Of a DNA stretch of 64,000 nucleotides, positions 61,790 to 64,000 are shown in pieces. Numbering within the stretch: position 1 is the stretch's first letter; each line of letters opens with the position of its first letter. The translations under genes and the position numbers were made by a program. The stretch is from Mobula hypostoma (taxonomy: Eukaryota). The DNA lies in the NCBI RefSeq assembly GCF_963921235.1, contig NC_086097.1, positions 210,306,001 through 210,370,000 of the forward strand, in the 5' to 3' direction. The notes below the pieces were generated by a model. The model searched no databases. It had not been told where the DNA came from and saw only the letters and a program-made list of their open reading frames with translations.

Positions 61790-64000
61790 GGCGCAGGAGT
61801 TGGCTGGTTGAGGTGTTTTGCTTGATGCGTGAATGTGGTTTGGAACCTGTTGAGGGAAAGAGAGTGGGGAAGGAACGGAAATTGCTGGGAGGGGGTCGTG
61901 TGGGTTCGGTAATGGCGGACAAGATAAGAGGTGGTGTTGAGGGAAAGAAAGTGGAGAAGGAGAGGGATAGAGACTTGGGACCAGAGGTAGGCAGCTGGGG
62001 AGAGGTGGATTATTGTGAAGGGAGAAATAAAGGGAATGAGGAGGTAGTGAGGGGTCGGATGAATAAAAACCAAGACCAAGGGAATAAAAGAATAAGAAAT
62101 GATAGTGGAGAAAGCTCTGAAAGTGAGGAATATGAACAAGCTCAGAGAGGAGGTGTTGTCATAATTAGGTTTAATGAGAAGGCTCAGGGACATATGAAGA
62201 AAATTAACCCGTTTGTGCTAACAACAACTCTGACAAATAAGGTTGGGGAAATAGTATTTGCAAAAGTCCTTAATGATGGCAACTTATTGGTAAGATGTGC
62301 GAATGAGGAACAACTTGAGTAAGCACTCAAGCTAAATGAGATAGGAAAATGCAAGGTGGAATACACAGGGAGGGTGGGAGCACAAAATAGTGGTTGTAAA
62401 GGAGTGATCACGGGGATACCAATGAGTATAAATATGGAGGAGATAAAGAGGAATATCAAAGGAGGGAAAGTAATCAATGTTCAAAGACTGTAAACAACAA
62501 AGGAGGGAGTGAAAAAGTGAATCAGTATTGATTGAATTTGAAGAAGAAAGAGTGCCAAGGAAGGTGTTCCTGGGTTTCATGAGTTACCCAGTAAGGGTGT
62601 ATGTGCCAAAGCCACTGAGGTGCTATAATTGTCAAAGGTTTGGACACGTGGCTAAAAACTGTAAAAGGCAGAGGAGATGTGCTAGATGTGGGGGTGATTA
62701 TGAATATGGAAAGTGCGGAACAGGAGTTCAACCAAAATGCTGCAATTATGGAGGAGCTCATAATGTTGCATATAGTGGGTGTGAGGTTGTCAGACGGGAG
62801 ACTAAAATTCAAGAAATAAGAGTGAAAAGAAAGATCACTTATGCAGAAGCTGTAAGAATGTCAAGAGAACAGAATAATGCTCCTAATGAACAGGGAGCAA
62901 TAGGGATACGAGAGATGCAACAAAGAACAAATGACAGGATTTATGTAGACAAAAAGGCTCTAGTAACATTCATTGCAGGAGTGATTAATAGTACGGCTGA
63001 GGTAAAGTCAAAAAGTGACAAAACTCAGCTGGTGGTAAAAGCAGCAGTAAACCATTTAGGGTTAGTAGGACTGACATGGGAGGAAGTGAGGGAGAACCTC
63101 AGTAATCAGTCAAGCCAGGAAGTGTCATGTGTTTGTTAATACTAATCATGGTGAATCTTTTACAATGGAATGCAAGGAGCTTACTGGCCAATAGCCAGGA
63201 ATTCAAGCACTTTATTAAAGAAATGGTTGTAAAGCCGGATGTAGTGTGTATTCAGGAAACTTGGTTGAAACCAACTTTAGACTTTGTGGTATATGGGTAT
63301 ACAATGATAAGGAAAGATAGAAATCTAGGGGGAGGAGGGGGTTGTGCTATGATAATCAAGCAAGGTATACCATATAGGGTACTGGAAAAAGGAGATGATC
63401 AGGAATACATAGTGGTGGATGTGTGGGAGAGAGGGGAGGGGGTGGTTATAATTAACTACTACAATCCATGTAAAAGGTTGGATTTGGACAGCCTATTAAA
63501 GATAGAAGGACAAAACAGACATAAAGTAGTGTGGTGTGCAGATTTCAATGCTCATAGCACAATATGGGGGGATCAGATTACAGATCCAAATGGAAAGGTA
63601 ATTGAAGATTTGATGGAAGAAAGGGATTTGGTGTGTATGAATGATGGTAGCAGCACAAGGATAGATATAACAACAGGAACTGAGTCAGTGTTAGCTATTA
63701 TGTTAGTGTCTAATACCTTGGCTGGCATTAGTAACTGGGGAGTTTGGACTGCTTCAACAGTAGGCAGTGATCACTACCCAGTTTTGTGTTCAGTGGGTGA
63801 AAGAGTTGAAGTAAGACCAGGTGGCGGAACCCCAAAGTGGGTGTTTGAAAAAGCTGATTGGGGTAAGTTCCAGAAATTGAGTGAAGAAGGGTTGACAAAG
63901 ATTGATATTTCTGGAAATGTAGATGAATTAAACAGTCAGGTGACTTCAGCAATTATTATGGCAGCAGAAGGATCTATACCTAGGAGTAAAAATAGGATGA
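61790..64000 (+). mobile_element. I-group (Nimb-like) LINE: gag-like ORF1 with three zinc knuckles (61912-63139, disrupted) and ORF2 AP endonuclease from 63148, running off the window
   Basis: CYNCQRFGHVAKNC, CARCGGDYEYGKC, CCNYGGAHNVAYSGC. ORF1 has stops at 62320 and 62491 and a frameshift ~62518. ORF2 reads MVNLLQWNARSL...CIQETWL...ADFNAH...SDHYP and is open to 64000. The 5' boundary is approximate. Confidence 0.85.

Noticed and set aside
1..64000. CRISPR arrays, tRNA or rRNA genes
   Set aside because: No regularly spaced repeat-spacer structure or recognisable structural RNA gene was seen.

Overview
Eukaryotic vertebrate DNA. The repeat families (CR1, Rex1/Babar-like, RTE, L1, Penelope-derived hairpins) suggest a cartilaginous fish, probably a ray or skate (inference). 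The window holds two head-to-head genes sharing a ~200-bp bidirectional promoter at ~46.9-47.1 kb. PLAG1 is on the minus strand: coding exons 6748-6507 and 2968-1705 give 501 aa with 7 C2H2 fingers, and non-coding exons lie at ~46871-46731, possibly ~36032-35945, and 30288-30166. CHCHD7 is on the plus strand: coding exons 48863-48916, 49002-49100 and 49473-49577 give an 85-aa twin-CX9C protein that the ORF track missed. Most of the rest is transposon-derived, including a three-level nest (CR1 in RTE in Rex/Babar) whose inner junction makes a 692-codon chimeric endonuclease-RT ORF. Best leads: (1) a Tigger element closely resembling mammalian MER2/MER2B but retaining a transposase fragment (possible horizontal transfer); (2) a set of PLAG1 5'-leader uORFs whose peptides appear conserved with human; (3) an Eulor3-like palindrome split by an RTE insertion; (4) a candidate alternative hydrophobic last exon of CHCHD7; (5) decayed hammerhead-like cores in Penelope-derived hairpins. 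All comparisons to human or Dfam sequences are from memory and need alignment.
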